A program made the translations under genes and the position numbers. Below the pieces are notes generated by a model. It saw only the letters and a program-made list of their open reading frames with translations, did not search any database and was not told the DNA's origin. Shown here piece after piece: positions 26,561 through 40,700 of a DNA stretch of 64,000 nucleotides. The stretch comes from Ruditapes philippinarum (Eukaryota), in the NCBI RefSeq assembly GCF_026571515.1, contig NW_026854430.1:1-64000 (forward strand), written 5' to 3'. The first letter of the stretch is position 1. Each line of letters opens with the position of its first letter.

Positions 26561-26711
26561 NNNNNNNNNNNNNNNNNNNNNNNNNNNNNNNNNNNNNNNN
26601 NNNNNNNNNNNNNNNNNNNNNNNNNNNNNNNNNNNNNNNNNNNNNNNNNNNNNNNNNNNNNNNNNNNNNNNNNNNNNNNNNNNNNNNNNNNNNNNNNNNN
26701 NNNNNNNNNNN
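26561..26711. other. Assembly gap (N run)
   Basis: 151 N, at the position where paralogs carry the (ATTT)n tract. Confidence 1.
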
Positions 26712-27216
26712 GATAAACAGGGCAACATCATGAAATACGCTAAACCAGAACGACTGGTATGGAATCATAAGAATAACTTTAGTGTTAAAATGTAAAATGA
26801 TATTTACCTAAATGTTCTTGAGATATGGCATTGAGTCACATAAGAAAACATATGGTTTATCACAAATCAACAATAGTTTATATATAAAAGAAAATTCAAA
26901 CCATGATATAAAAAAATATTTCAAACTAACCATATATATGAAATAGAACAAATATAATTAAAACAATATGAAATATTGTATAATAAATCGAATCGTTTGA
27001 CCAGAAATGCTATGATGATAAACACACTTAATTACAAAAGTAAAGCAAATGTAAAATATAAAAATGAAAGATAGTTACAAAGTAAAGTAAGTATAATGTT
27101 GTTTTTATCAACGACTCATGTTTATGACTTCTAAAGAATTGCTAATATTCTGTTTTTAGCCTCAATGCATCTTTCCAACCGAATCAGACATTTAGACATT
27201 GGCAACAGTTGACTTG

Positions 27217-27456
27217 TAATATATCAATGATACGTTGAAAATAAATGGAATGTTCTAAGACTTTGTATGAAACATCTAATATATCAATGATACGTTGAAA
27301 ATAAATGGAACGTTCTAAGACTTTGTATGAAACATCTAATATATCAATGATACGTTGAAAATAAATGGAACGTTCTAAGACTTTGTATGAAACATCTAAT
27401 ATATCAATGATACGTTGAAAATAAATGGAACGTTCTAAGACTTTGTATGAAACATC
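27217..27456. repeat. Tandem repeat, 4 x 60 bp
   Basis: Unit taatatatcaatgatacgttgaaaataaatggaacgttctaagactttgtatgaaacatc. Single copy in paralogs (e.g. ~40147-40203). Confidence 0.95.
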
Positions 27457-27899
27457 ATTTTGCCTCAGATATCTTAAATATAATTTCATCGATTGATTAA
27501 ACACTTCTAAAACATAGATAAACGCGTTCACAAACTAATTAAGTTTATGCTATTTGTGTCATTACATTCCATTGTCATTCAACACTTTATCTTTCTCACT
27601 TCACAAGATTGCCGAGCAAACAGTCAGAGACTCATCCGAATATGCTAGGCATTTAAAAGGATTCAATATTAAAGAAAGTCTTATCAGCCGCAGAATAAAA
27701 TTACAACTACTGAATATATCAAGGAAAATTATTATAAGACCGCTTACATGGCCATAGTTACACTACACTGTGGCACGCATAACTAAGCCATTAATAACTC
27801 AGACGTATACTTTTATGTAAGAATAGCGGTAATGCACCTTTTTCGTGTTTTTAGCATGGGCTCGGGCTCATGCTTCTGCAGATGTTAATGCGCTATCAT

Positions 27900-28150
27900 T
27901 AGCTTACCCGCTTAGCTAAAGAGGGAAAGCATTGGAATTTTAATCCTAATGTCGCTGGTTTGATCCTCGGGTGAGCCATAATTTTTTAATGACAATAGAA
28001 ATCGGACATTGAGTCTAATGGTCATTTGTCTCTCACCGTTGATTCATATATTTTGAAGGGTAAGAAGTTGGTTACAGTTGTTGGTCAAATGTGGAGAAAT
28101 ACTTCATGACTGGTTAGGTAGACCGACCGCCGAGAATCATTAAATACAAT
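27900..28150 (+). mobile_element. Degenerate tRNA-derived SINE
   Basis: cccgcttagctaaagagggaaagc...ggtttgatcctcggg head (A/B box-like), then gtcatttgtc...ctggttaggtagaccgaccgcc. Confidence 0.6.
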
Positions 28151-28260
28151 TGGTGTCATTTATGCAATGCAAAATTATGGATGAATTTTATATAAAAATA
28201 TGATAGCAGTTGCTCATTTAAAATGTTGTATTTATTGATTATAATCAAGATATGAGTAAT

Positions 28261-29970
28261 GTAAATCATTTCAAAATACACTCAAACTTCATTAGCTTAA
28301 TTAACCTTGCAAAGGAAAATCTCATCCACTATATGTTTCACTCTGATAGCAAATAATTGACTTTGTTAGTCCGAAAATTGTATTGGCGATATATGATCGC
28401 ATTGTAATGTTTTGATGTGGACATAATTCGACATTGTTTGATAATGGTTACATGATTTGTGGGGGAAAAGATCTGCCCTATATCGAGAAGAATGTTCCAC
28501 ATTGTTTCCTTATGACATAGCTTGTTACGGCGGAGATCAAATGTGTCACTCGTTAATCTACTTTTGTATGTTTGGCTTTTGTTACAATGCCATACGAGAA
28601 AAAAGATATGGTAACATACTAGATTAAGAAATTGATCGTTAAAAAAGATAATAGTTTCAATCCTAAAAGAGAATTCAGATCACTTGATCAAAAATAGGCG
28701 TGGGTTATGCTCAGAGATTCTAATACTGGCATTATAATCAAAGTAGTATACTCTCCTCTAAAAATGGGATTATAAAACTATAAGCAAATATATCATGGTA
28801 TATTGAAATGAATATCTAATTTGATCCAGACTAACGAAAATGTACATGTAGGAAGTCAATATTGAAAATATCACCTCGTAGTTTTAAAATGCAATGTTTG
28901 ATTTATTGGATTAACAATAATCTAATAGGACTAATACAAGTAAATTTGTTTACAGTGACAGCATGTCTATGTGTCTATTTACAAAAACTAACCTCACAAG
29001 TTTCTACCATAAATATTAGAAACAAATTTGATTGTCGATCACGAAAATGTTTTGATACACATGAATATTTTGAGCTAATATCGTAAAATATATCGATGCA
29101 TATTATCAAAAGAGAACAGCTAAATTTGAAAGCTACAGCGTATAAGCAATAAAACGCAATAAAAACTAGAAATGTGTCCATAGGACACGGATGCCCCCAC
29201 ACGCCACTGTTCTGTCAATCTTATGACTCTAGGTCAAATAATTTTTGGACTACATGTGCCACAAGTTAAAAACTAAATATCAACAAAGGGCCATAATTCT
29301 GTTAAATTTGGTCGCAGTAAGAATTCCTTCCTTTACTACCATCTACACATTAAGGTTGTGAATCCTTGGAAGTTTAAGCAAAATCTGCCATCCGGTTTAA
29401 CAGGAGTTGCGTTCACAAAATTTCTACATAGTATATAGTGAAAAAATCAACAAAGGGCCATAATTCTGTTAAATTTGGTCGCAGCAAAAATTCCTTCCTT
29501 TACTACCATCTACACATTAAGGTTGTTCATCCCTGTAAGTTTAAGCAAAATCTGCCATCCGGTTTAAGAGGAGTTACGTTCACAAGATTTCGGGACGGAC
29601 GGACGGACGGACAAGTGCAACGCTATATGCTCCCATATTGTGGGGGGCATACAAACACACACACATCGACTTATTTATTGATAATCCTGGCTGAGAATTG
29701 CTAACATTTAACTTACTAAAACATATATTCACCAGACATCTATTAAAGAGATGGACAATCTATTTCAGTAATGACTTATATCGTTCTTAAACTGAGCTGT
29801 CTCCTATATGAAGAAAAATGAAGCCAGTGGCAAATAGCACTTTAATCTCTGAGCTCTGACTGAAGAGTTCTAGTTCTGGGTGTGTTTTAGTTTCTTCTAA
29901 TTCATTAACTCTCTATGTGTATGATTAGATATGTGTATTTGCAATTCATTAAGTCCCTATGTGTATAATG
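28261..29970 (+). pseudogene. LRR relic module X copy 3 (interrupted by HINE-type element)
   Basis: ORF 28862 ISPRSFKMQCLIYWINNNLIGLIQVNLFTV. Colinear with the other X copies. Confidence 0.65.
29164..29653 (+). mobile_element. Helentron-associated (HINE/pearl-like) non-autonomous element with internal ~167-bp tandem repeat
   Basis: 5' aactagaaatgtgtccataggacacggatgccccc. Two repeat units (29281, 29448), a (GGAC)n microsatellite and a 3' hairpin tatgctccc...gggggcata. Absent at the paralogous site ~11030. Confidence 0.7.
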
Positions 29971-32421
29971 TCATGATTTAAGATATGTTTATATGCTATT
30001 TGCCGATTTGTTAAGACAATTACGTAAATGTAAACGACCAATCGTTCATAAAAAACTAGTCCGTTTAACTATCTAATCATTTAATTAACCTGTAACTGTG
30101 AATAAAAACGTAAAGACCTATTGCGGCATTTTACGAAATATGATTTCATTAATCTAAAAGCATTTTCGTATTATTAGATTGTCATAATCAGAACAAATCA
30201 ACATCATTGAACGTATTCATCTTAGGTGGGTTTTTTTTCTTTCTTTCTTTCTATTCATAACGTACAGCATGTATTTATCGACATAAAACGCCAAAGATTC
30301 ATTTAAGAATTACAACAGTACAATAACTGATTGAGATCAGCATTATTTATTATTAATAATTCTGTATATCATCAATGCAAATGATTCAACAACCAGTCTA
30401 CATACTTGGTAGACTTAGGAACACTTCAATTCATAAAATAAACATGCACATCGATAGATTTACTATTTTTACGAAGACTTCGGGCATCCCTATGTGCATA
30501 TCATTTGGCACTTTGAAAAACCAACGTCTCAGATTTCGTGCTCAAAATGATCATTTAGATTTTAGCGTGTCATAGTTAAGCAAAATGAAAAATGTTGTAA
30601 ATCAGAATGCATTTTTATTTTAGCTTACTAATCATACTAGATCGTCTTTATCTAAATTATAAAATTTACTCATTTAAAGATATTCTATGCTCATTCTTGT
30701 GTAAAATATTTTAATCACAGAAATTTATTGAAATCTATGAAATTCTTACCGAATAGTTTTAATTTGAATAAAAGAATGAATAAATTACGTACTTGAAGCT
30801 ACGTTCCCTATTACAGGTCAAGTAAACATAGTATTTTCTTTAAAAAATGCCAGTTTTTTTAATGGCACTATGCGTTCATATTGCAATTATCTATAGTGTG
30901 TAGAATTTTAAATGCAACATATCTACTTTGTTTGAAGTTAAAACAGGTTCATTTTATATTATTTTCAAATATGAAATTTGAATATAGTATATCTTTAAAT
31001 GAACTGATTAATCCTTGAAATGACAAGTAACTTACCGTTTCGTTACCAATTTTTGTTTTTAAAGAAACAGTAATTTAATTAATCATTCTATGGTATAAAA
31101 GTAAATGTTTCCATATTATTTACAGTTAATAAAAGCAAATCGAACTTAAACAACCCCTGGAAAATTCGTTAAACAAACGTTTTAGAGCAAAATGAAGAAA
31201 TTTCAGTGTTTTATATGTGTTCATTAGATTATACTTGAGACGTAGTAAAATGTCCTTAACATCCTACTATGGTGAAATAAACTGTTTGGTGTCTGTGTTC
31301 AACATTATTGTATTCATTAATTTACAAACCTTATAAATATAACATATTTGGCATTATTACTCTCTCATTAGAAGCTAGTTCACAGCTGGTTGTATAGATG
31401 CCATTAATCAACAAATGTACCCATAGAGTAATTACTCTCAGAAAATTTGTACAAACACAATCCTCGATAAGTAAAAGCGATGAATAAAATGAATAATAGT
31501 ACTATATTCATGGTATGTTTCTACGCAATTGACTCAAACTACAGAAACAGTTAGTAGAAGAAATGAGCGTATAAGAAACAAAAAGTATTTTAATGTGCCA
31601 TACAAATTTGATCGGCAAAACTACCAATTTTCAAACGTCTGTACTTGTGAAAATTTTTGTGAATTTTTCACGGTAGGGAATCACGTGACTATTACGGTTA
31701 CGCGTACAGACAATATGGCGGCCTAAAAACCTCGCTTCACATGTGTTTTTCAGGTAATTCTTTATTATATCCCTTTTACTTACATACGAGACCTGTTGCA
31801 GCCTACGCGGAATAAAGAATTGTTGCCGCCTCTACCTTAGTTTCCACCCCTGTGCTCATAGCTTTTACAAACACTCAAAAATTCAACAGAAATAAATTTT
31901 CAATGTGAACAATTATATTTTGGGTAACATTCACGCAAAAATTGTATTTTTATGAATTTGATTAAACTTCGTCGAGTTAGCAAAGAGAAAATGTTCATAG
32001 AATTTCTTTATTTGAAAATGTAAATATTAGGCATGTTAAATGTTGACAGGTCATTTTCTATTCCAATACATGAGAGAAAAATGATTTGGGTAACTCCCAC
32101 TCATACTTTTATTGTTGATATCTCCCACGCAATATTTTATGAGCGAGCAATATCTATGCAGGTTATAGACTAGATATTGATTGGACAAAATCATGATTGA
32201 TGCATTTAGCCTTAAACGTTCAAAAAATTTTGAATAATATTAAAAATACCGCCAAAAGGTCCTGGATAGAATAAAGCCCCTATAGCAGAATACATACTCA
32301 TGTGAATATATTAAATGAAGTTTCGATATAGATGAATTAATCGCAGAAATTAAAATACAAGTCTCAAATATAAGAAGGTCGATTTCAGTTTAAGCAAAAT
32401 TTCAGTTGTCATTTTTCATAG

Positions 32422-33856
32422 TTTGCAGATATGGACGGTTCCAGTTCGGATATTGTTCTTGGATAATGTTGGACAACATTTGTCTTAATGACCACATAAA
32501 CTGGCTACTCGGCACAGGACCTTGTAAATGTTGTGGCAAGTCGAAACGTGACAGGTATGGCATTTTATGTTATTCGTTATATTAAGATTTTAAAGACATT
32601 CAAGTCATTTTATCACTTAGTCTTTTATGTAACCAACTTTTTTTTCAAATTAGTGTCTGTATTTAACATTATTATGTTGTGTGTTTTTTTTAATCTAAAT
32701 CATAAAAGAAAAAAAACTAAAGAATATTAGAATGGGTCTTTTATTTTACAAACTAGGTAATAAAATCTAGAGGACTTATGTTTAAATGCCATCTTAATAT
32801 CAACAGTAAAACCCGTAACGTTTCCGATTTGGTGGGCTATAAAATGTTTTACCACAACATTTATAAGGTCCTTGGCCGAGTAGCCTGTTTATGTGGTCAT
32901 AAAGACCTGTCCGTTAACATATTTTTTTTCCATATTTGTCACAAAAATATCCGAGCTGGAACCTTCCATATCTGCAAAATATGAAAAATGACAATTGTAA
33001 TTTTACTAATAAAAACAGAAATACAAAACCTCCATCTAATATTTTAAACTTTTGTATCAAAACGCGACCTAATAGAATGATTTGGGTTTGGTAGGCTTTA
33101 CGCGAAGTTATTGATGTCCTTGGCAATTTATGATTTTACAAGCCATGCCTTTTTGAAATTTATTTATCATATTATTGTACCCTATAAGCAGATGAAGTGT
33201 TGTTCGCCCCATATAATTTACGTCCCAAGACGATTCGTCAATTTAGCTGTATTAATTTTATATCTTAGTGATAGTAAAATTAAATGTGAAATAGTTTGAA
33301 AAATACATTAAATCCATTGCATTATCAAAACAAATATTGATTAAACTGTTTGAGGTTAAATAATAAAGATGAGTGTTAAATTTTAAGTTTAATCGTCGTG
33401 AATTTATAGGGAATAATAAGGCTATTTTATATTCTAGATCCTGGTCCTGGCTGAAATTTAGAGTATTACAGCTGTAGCTTCTATACCATAAATTTAACAT
33501 GGAAAGGTCTGTTCTTGGGAAAATGCTGACGTAACTGATGGGAGCAGTTTTTCTTACCAATTGACTTAAATAGCTTCTTTTTAAAAAGTTTTTGTTTTTT
33601 TAGATAAAACAAATCACTAAGTTGATTAATAATATATAATTTGAGATTGACCAAGTCAACTAGTAACTTCTTATTTTATTTGCAGAAGCAGTAGAAGTAT
33701 TCAAACACCATCATGAAACACTTAAGACATACCCAGAGAGCTCTAGAAGAAGTACTAGTGGTAGATTGGAACAGATTGTAGCTTAATTGTTAAACTAAAA
33801 GGACTTCTTAAATCGTTTGAATTTAAGCTACACTTGAACTGTAGTTTTGAAATAAA
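32422..33856 (+). pseudogene. Spliced mini-gene relic inside the TIR element (exons 32422/32429-32554, 33438-33506, 33686-33786; AATAAA at 33851)
   Basis: AG acceptors after pyrimidine tracts, GT donors (CAG|gtatgg, AAG|gtctgt) and mutually compatible phase-1 junctions. In-frame stops are present. Confidence 0.45.
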
Positions 33857-33944
33857 ATAGCTATAGTATTTAATAGTGTCTTGATTTTTTTGTTAAACTC
33901 TGTTACAGTACTTTGCTTTATATTAGAATTAAAGTATGTTGAAA

Positions 33945-34085
33945 TGACATTGAAACTTCAACGTTGTGCCGACGTTGAACTTCAACGTTTTTTAAACTTT
34001 CAAATTCGAACATTAATCTAACGTTATTTCAACGTTGAAATCTGACCATACTTCAACGTTGTTCACCGTTGATGTGCCTGCTGGG
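33945..34085. mobile_element. One end of an EnSpm/CMC-like element (ctgctggg terminus, subterminal caacgttg repeats)
   Basis: Repeated ttcaacgtt(g) motifs ending gtgcctgctggg. Abuts the inner edge of the right TIR. Confidence 0.45.
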
Positions 34086-37000
34086 TTACTTCTATCAAGG
34101 ACCTATTGACGGTATTTTTAAAATTTATTCAAAATTCTATGAAAGTTTGATGCTAAATGCATCAATCATGATTTTTTTTCAATCAATATTTAGGCTATAA
34201 CCTGCATAGATATTGCTTGCACATAAAATATTGCGTGGGAGTTATCAACACTAAAAGTATGCGTGGGGGTTACCCAAATCATTTTTCTCTCGTGTAAGGG
34301 AATAGAAAATGACCTGTCAACATTTAACATGCCTAATATTAACATTTTCAAATAAAGAAATTCTATGAACATTTTCTCTTTGCTAACTCGACGTAGTTTA
34401 ATCAAATTCATAAAAAATACAAATTTTGCGTGTTACCCAAAATATAATTGTTCACATTGAAAATTTCTGTTGAATTTTTGAGTGTTTGTAAAAGCTATGA
34501 GCACAGGGGTGGAAAATAAGGTATAGGCGGCAACAATTCTTTATTCCGCGTAGGCTGCAACAGGTCTCGTATGTAAGTAAAAGGGATATAATAAAGAATT
34601 ACCTGAAAAACACATGTGAAGCGAGGTTTTTAGGCCGCCATATTGTCTGTACGCGTAACCGTAATAGTCACGTGATTCCCTACCGTGTTTTTAAAAGCAA
34701 ACCCCTATGATAATGAGCATAGTATAGTTCATTTAACCAAAGACTATATTAAAAATATATGGCAATTTTCAACTGGCTGGTTGATACACAGTGAACTTTC
34801 CCATGCGAGATTTTGAATCACCGAATGACACAAATGAAATATATTCAAACACAAGACAAAAAGACAGTTACACACACATTTCCAATCACTGAACGCCGGT
34901 CACTGTAATAATTTGTGCCAATTCCGTGACACTTATATGGCTTTTTCGAAATAAAACTTTGCTGTGACTTAACACTTTAAAGGTTATGTGATGAAAATTA
35001 ATTGACGAACTTTATGCCTGGGACTGTTATGAAAAAAACAGCTGATTTTTTCTTACATTTTGTGTTTATTACCAAAAAATCATAATAAAATTTACCGCAT
35101 TAAAGTAATAGAACAAAACAAATAAGACATAAAAAGTTTGAAAAGCAAAATATCGAAGTCAGAATTAAACCAAGGCATATAATATGCAACTGGTTATAAC
35201 AACAAACAAACAGAAAAATAACAGTCAAAAATCACTCAATTCATACAATTATGACTAGCTAAATAAACAAAAAAGAAGATCATATTGTTCATTTCAAGTA
35301 CTGAATTCAATACAACATGTATTTTATATTGTAACAAATTGGAACGGAGAATGAGAAGTATTTATTATCTAAATTTTAACATAATGTTTTTACAAAATAA
35401 AGATAATTTTAGTAGAATCTTTTTTATTCATGAACTATTTCATTAATGTGTCAAAGTTTAAAATATTTGATGGAATGAATGTAAAAACCTAGGAAGAAGA
35501 GATTTACGTCTCTTATTGTCATTAAAGTACGAAAACACTCAAATAAGTAGTGAAATTCATCACCAATACGGACATAAGGAACAGACCCTATAATTATTAT
35601 CAATTGCCAAATGTCTGCCTTTTTCAATTAGTAATAGGTGATTCATTGTTCTAAATTTACATAAATATTTGCCTATGTCAAAAGGAAGTACATCTAGATA
35701 TTTTTCAAAACAATGAGTACTAATCTTTTTTCCTCAAGTTTTACATCTAGATATCTACATTGACCTTAGCTTGGATTTGACAGTTTATAACGGTAGTCAG
35801 AATGGATACATATACTACGCAAGCATCTTTTTCCAAGTCTGGCTCCGAAATTCACAAAGAGATTTACAGTAGTGAACTATTTTGTCGTTAAGAACATGAG
35901 GGTTTTGCAACTAACTTTATTAAGAATATTAAAAGTAATGAAAGCAATGAAAAGAAAACAATTGTGTCACTAAACAGAATATCGGATATGGAACGTATAA
36001 TAAGCAATGCTGTTGCCAATCAAATACCAGGTCTTAAGCATATAAAAGCAAACATATTATCAGAAATAATATTTACATTATTGTTCTTTAGGTGTGTCTT
36101 TGAGTGACTTAATAAAACACGGCTCATCACAAAGTCAATATAGATAGTATAGAACAGAAAACTCAAAACGAACATTTCCAACTGAGCATATATAGATACA
36201 AAAAATAGAACGCATACAATTAAAACAATATAAAATATTGTATAATCAATCAAATCAGTTGACAAAATTATGGTAATATAATAAAATAATAAGAAAAGAA
36301 AGTGTAAAATATAAGTTTTATAAATATTTACAAATAAAGCAGTCAGTATAACGTGGTTTTTATCAACAACTCATGTATCATTATAATGATTTCTTACGAA
36401 TTGCAAATATTGTTGGGGTTTTTAGGCTGAATGCATCTTTGCCACCGACGTTTATACATTGGCTACAGTTGACTTGTATTATATTAATAAAACGTTGAAA
36501 ATAAATGGAACGTTTTCTTTTAGTCTTCGGAGAAAATATTTTGCTACAGATGTCTTAAACATAATTTCATCGATTGATTAAACACTTCTAAAACATAGAT
36601 AAACACGTTCACTATGCTATTTGTATTTATCTTTCTCACTTCACAAGATTGCTGAGCAAACAGTCAGAGACTCATCCGAATGTGCTTAGGCATTTAAAGG
36701 GATTCAAGATTAAAGAAAGTCTTATCGGCCAGAAAATCAAATTACAAACAGAAATTATGGCTGTGGAATTTTATGTTATATGGTTGGTATTATTTTAGTG
36801 TTTAAAGAACATGATAAAGAGTGTACTGTAGCATCAGAGTCAACTACTAATTACATCAAGTGCAATTATTGTAGGACAGCTTACAGGATCATAGTTACAT
36901 CATAACACGAATAACGAAACATCAATAATGATATTAACAAAAAATACCAAATGTAAACATATATAGATAATTGAAGTATTAATTAACATGAATATCTGTG

Positions 37001-37789
37001 ACATGATATTTCTCAAAACGTCACATCGACGCACTTAGACGAAGGTGTCGATATTGTCATGACATGTCATGTCAATTTCATTAACTCCCTATGTGTATGA
37101 TAAGATATGTTTATGAGCATTTCCCTAGTATGTGGATCATGTCATGATTAAATAGGTGTATATACAAGTTATTGATTTATTAAACAAATACTTTTAATTG
37201 TAAACGCCATTCGTTCTTCAAGGAAACTAGTTTGTATAACCTTTACGAACTTAATTCTGCAACATAAAACGTCCAATATCTTACCAAAATTACATCATTT
37301 GAAGACAACTTGCAAGTAACTTAAAAAATAAAAAAATAAAAATTTTAAATGATAAAATAAAAAGTTGACAAACAAATTAGATCTATGTAAAATACCTTTT
37401 TGAAACCTATAGCAAACATTTATATAGACGTCAATATGACTAAACTTACTTATTTTTGAAAATCATTGAAATACATAATAACCATGAAGAAGCTTATTAT
37501 TTTACTTATAATTTTATGAATAGCGTTAACTGTCAATACCTCCCATCAATCATTAAGTGGTCAAAACTATCTTTAAAATAGGACTGCGCTTCTTTTTATG
37601 CACTTTGTGTAGACAATCAAATATTTTTTAAAGGCTGTGCAGGAGAATCATCCTTCGGCAAATATTCAAGAACCGGTACAGCGGCAAAGAAGTAAGTTTC
37701 TTTCTTTCTTTCTGTAGGAACACAGAGTTTTGGAAAATGTGCCCATATGGCACTTATTTCACTTAAAAAATGGTACAATCGATTGTCAG

Positions 37790-40700
37790 CAGTTAATAAA
37801 AGCTAATCGAACATAAACGACTAGACCCTAGAAAATTTGTTGAAATGTAGAAATATCATTGTTTTTTGTGTTCACAAGGTTATCCTGGAGACGTAGTAAA
37901 ATTCTCTTTAACATCCCGGCACAAGGGATTATTTTGTTACGCTCAGAGTTTCGTGAAAATTCAGTCCAGTACTATGAAAATGGAGAAATAATCTGTATGA
38001 TGTTTCTGTTCAACATAATTGTATTCATTAATGTACAAACTTTACAAATGCGACAACTTTGGCATTATTACTCACTCTCTGAAAGCTAGTTCACAGCTGG
38101 TCGTATAGATGTCATTAATTAACAAATGTTACCATAAAGTAATTACTCTCAGAACATTTGTACAAACACAATCCTCGATTAGTAAATGCGTGAAAAATAT
38201 GACAAATAGTACTAGATTCATGGTATGTTTGTACGTTCTTGGGTCAAACCACAAAAACAGTTGAAATAATCAGGGTATAAGAAACAAATAGTATTTTACT
38301 GTTCCTTAAAAGTTTTATTGGCAATACTTCAAATTTTCAAACAAACGTCTATACTTGTGAAAATTTTAGTAGGTTTTAAAAAATAAACAACTATGATATT
38401 GTACATAATATAGTACATTTAACCAAAGAATATAGTAAAAATATACGGTATGGCAATTTCCAACCGGCTGCTTGATAACCTGTGAACTTTACCATGCAAA
38501 CTTTTGAATGGTCGAAGAACAAAATATATTCAAGCAACAGTACGACACAAGACAAAAAGACAGTAACACATACATTTCGAACCACTCGGTCGGTGTATAA
38601 ATGTGTGCCAATACTGTAAATCTTATACGGTTTGCTGCGATGTACCGCTTCAGAGGTTATGTTGTAAAACAATGATTGAAGAATTTCATGTGTGGTACTA
38701 ATACGAAAATATATGCTTACTGCTCTCTTTCTTTTCTAACAATTTTTTATTCATATGCAATTTAGTGTACAAGTTCGCATTCAAAACAAAATGTTCACCA
38801 CATTCAAATTAACAGAACAAAATGACAAAGCATTTACCGCAGACGGAACTTTCTTTTTCCTCAAGTTTGAGATATATACATTAACCCTAGCCCGGATTTA
38901 ACTGTTTATAAAAGCACTCGGATATGATGTATGTCTTACATCAAGCATCTTTTTCCAAGCCGGACTCCGAAAATAAAAATTAAGTCATGGCAGAAGTTAA
39001 CTATTTCCTCGTTGATGACATTATGGTTTTGTAACTAATCTCATTTTGAGTATTTAAAATACTGAAAGCAATGAAAAGAAAAGCGATTTTTGGTACTATT
39101 TGACTATTGAAAATATCGAATATTGAACATATTAAAGCAATGCTGTTGATAATCAAATATCAGGCGTTAAACATATAAAAGCAAAAACAATTTTGTCAAT
39201 ATTTGACTATTGAAAATATCGGATATGGAACATAATAAAACAATGCTTTTGACAATCAAATAGCAGGTTTTAAACATATAAAAGCATAAATGCTTTTGAC
39301 AATCAAATAGCAGGTTTTAAACATATAAAAGCATAAATGTTAACTAGTTTAATCAAGATCATTAAACAAATTAAGCTATAGTATCGACACTGGAATAATA
39401 GATATTGATCACCAGTGTTATAACCAAAACAATATCAAATATTAAACAAATATATAAAGTTATCTTATCAGTTGAGTATCATAACAAAGGCCAATAAGGC
39501 CAATGCTTTATAATAGCAAATTTGTAACATTGCAAAACAATTTTATGCAGTCAATGACGTGCAATACAGCTAGCATTTACTGCGTAGGTGTATTGCTTAT
39601 TTCACTTTTTCTGTTTCAATCAAAAATTCGTGTTTTTATGTATCTATTTATTTATTTATTTATTTATTTATTATCAAATACGCTACATAAAAGCGACTAT
39701 ATGACATCATAAGGATAATACAATAAAGTGTTAAAATGAGCAATGTTATTTACATCATCGTTCTTGAGGTATGGCTTTGAGTGACGTAATAAAATATGGC
39801 TTATCACAAATCAACAACAGGTAGAGCATAACAGAAAACTAAAAACATAAGATTAAAAATATATCCAACTGAGCATATTTTGATAGAAAAAGAAAGTTTA
39901 CAATTAAAACTATATGAAATATACGTTTGATAACAGCTACGATTTAAAAACTGAATAACAAAAGTTAAGATAATGTAAAATATATAATTGAAAGATATTT
40001 ATAAAATATATACAGTATAATGTTGTTTTTATTAACGATTAATGTAACATAATTTCTAAAGAATTGCAAATATTGTTTGATTTTAGAGGTCAATGCATCT
40101 TTGCAAATAGATTAGACATTTAAAGATTGGCTACAGTTGACTTGTATTATATCAATAATATGTTGAAAACAAATGGAACGTTCTAAGACTTTGGAAGAAA
40201 CATTTTGCTACAGTTGTCTTAAATATAATTTCATCGACTGATTAAACACTTCAAAAACATAGATAATCGCGTTCACAAACTAATTAAGTTTATGCTATTT
40301 GTGTCATTACATTCCTACGCAACAATTTATCTTTCTCACTTCACAAGATTGCTGAGCAAACAGTTAGATATTCATCCGAATATGCTAGGCATTTAAAAGG
40401 ATTCAAGATTAAAGAAAGTGTTATCAGCAACATAATCAAATTACAAACAGAAATTATGGCTGCGGAATTTTATGTTTTGTGGCTGGTGATATTTTAGTGT
40501 TCAAAGCAAATGTTATCGAACAAGATAAAGAGTGAAGTGTAACATCAGAGTCAACTACTGTCAACATCAAGTACAATCTTTGTAGGACCGCTTACAGGAT
40601 CATAGTAACATCATACTGCGACAGCATAACTAAAACATCAATAATGATGTCATCTGTAACAGCAACTGTAAACAATACTTATATAAGTAATTGAAGTATT

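Larger units (their letters stand above)
24070..27790 (+). pseudogene. LRR relic module Y copy 5
   Basis: ORF 24802 (KIMSTNALKADLRNHIVLYVH), NAFTN*LSLCYL and TLYLSH. Confidence 0.65.
31669..34687. mobile_element. Non-autonomous DNA transposon with ~600-bp TIRs and CAC...GTG termini
   Basis: cacggtagggaatcacgtgac at 31669 and its reverse complement ending at 34687. Arms align over ~31669-32271 and ~34090-34687. T5 on both sides versus a single T5 in the empty paralog. No transposase ORF. Confidence 0.9.
30020..37060 (+). pseudogene. LRR relic module Y copy 6 (interrupted by the long-TIR element and a further insert at ~35165-35715)
   Basis: Flanks of 31669-34687 rejoin to match ~13150. LSDLIKHGSSQSQ at ~36100. 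Confidence 0.6.

Noticed and set aside
26402-26795. ORFs containing X runs (also 41021-41296)
   Set aside because: Artefacts of N gaps.
27184-27531. 115-aa repetitive minus-strand ORF, or a CRISPR-like array
   Set aside because: It is the antisense of a head-to-tail 60-bp repeat with no spacers, in eukaryotic context. The same applies to the 40-bp repeat at ~50000.
27900-27990. tRNA gene (also ~15742 and ~41406)
   Set aside because: Degenerate stems and continuation into a SINE body; it is a SINE head.
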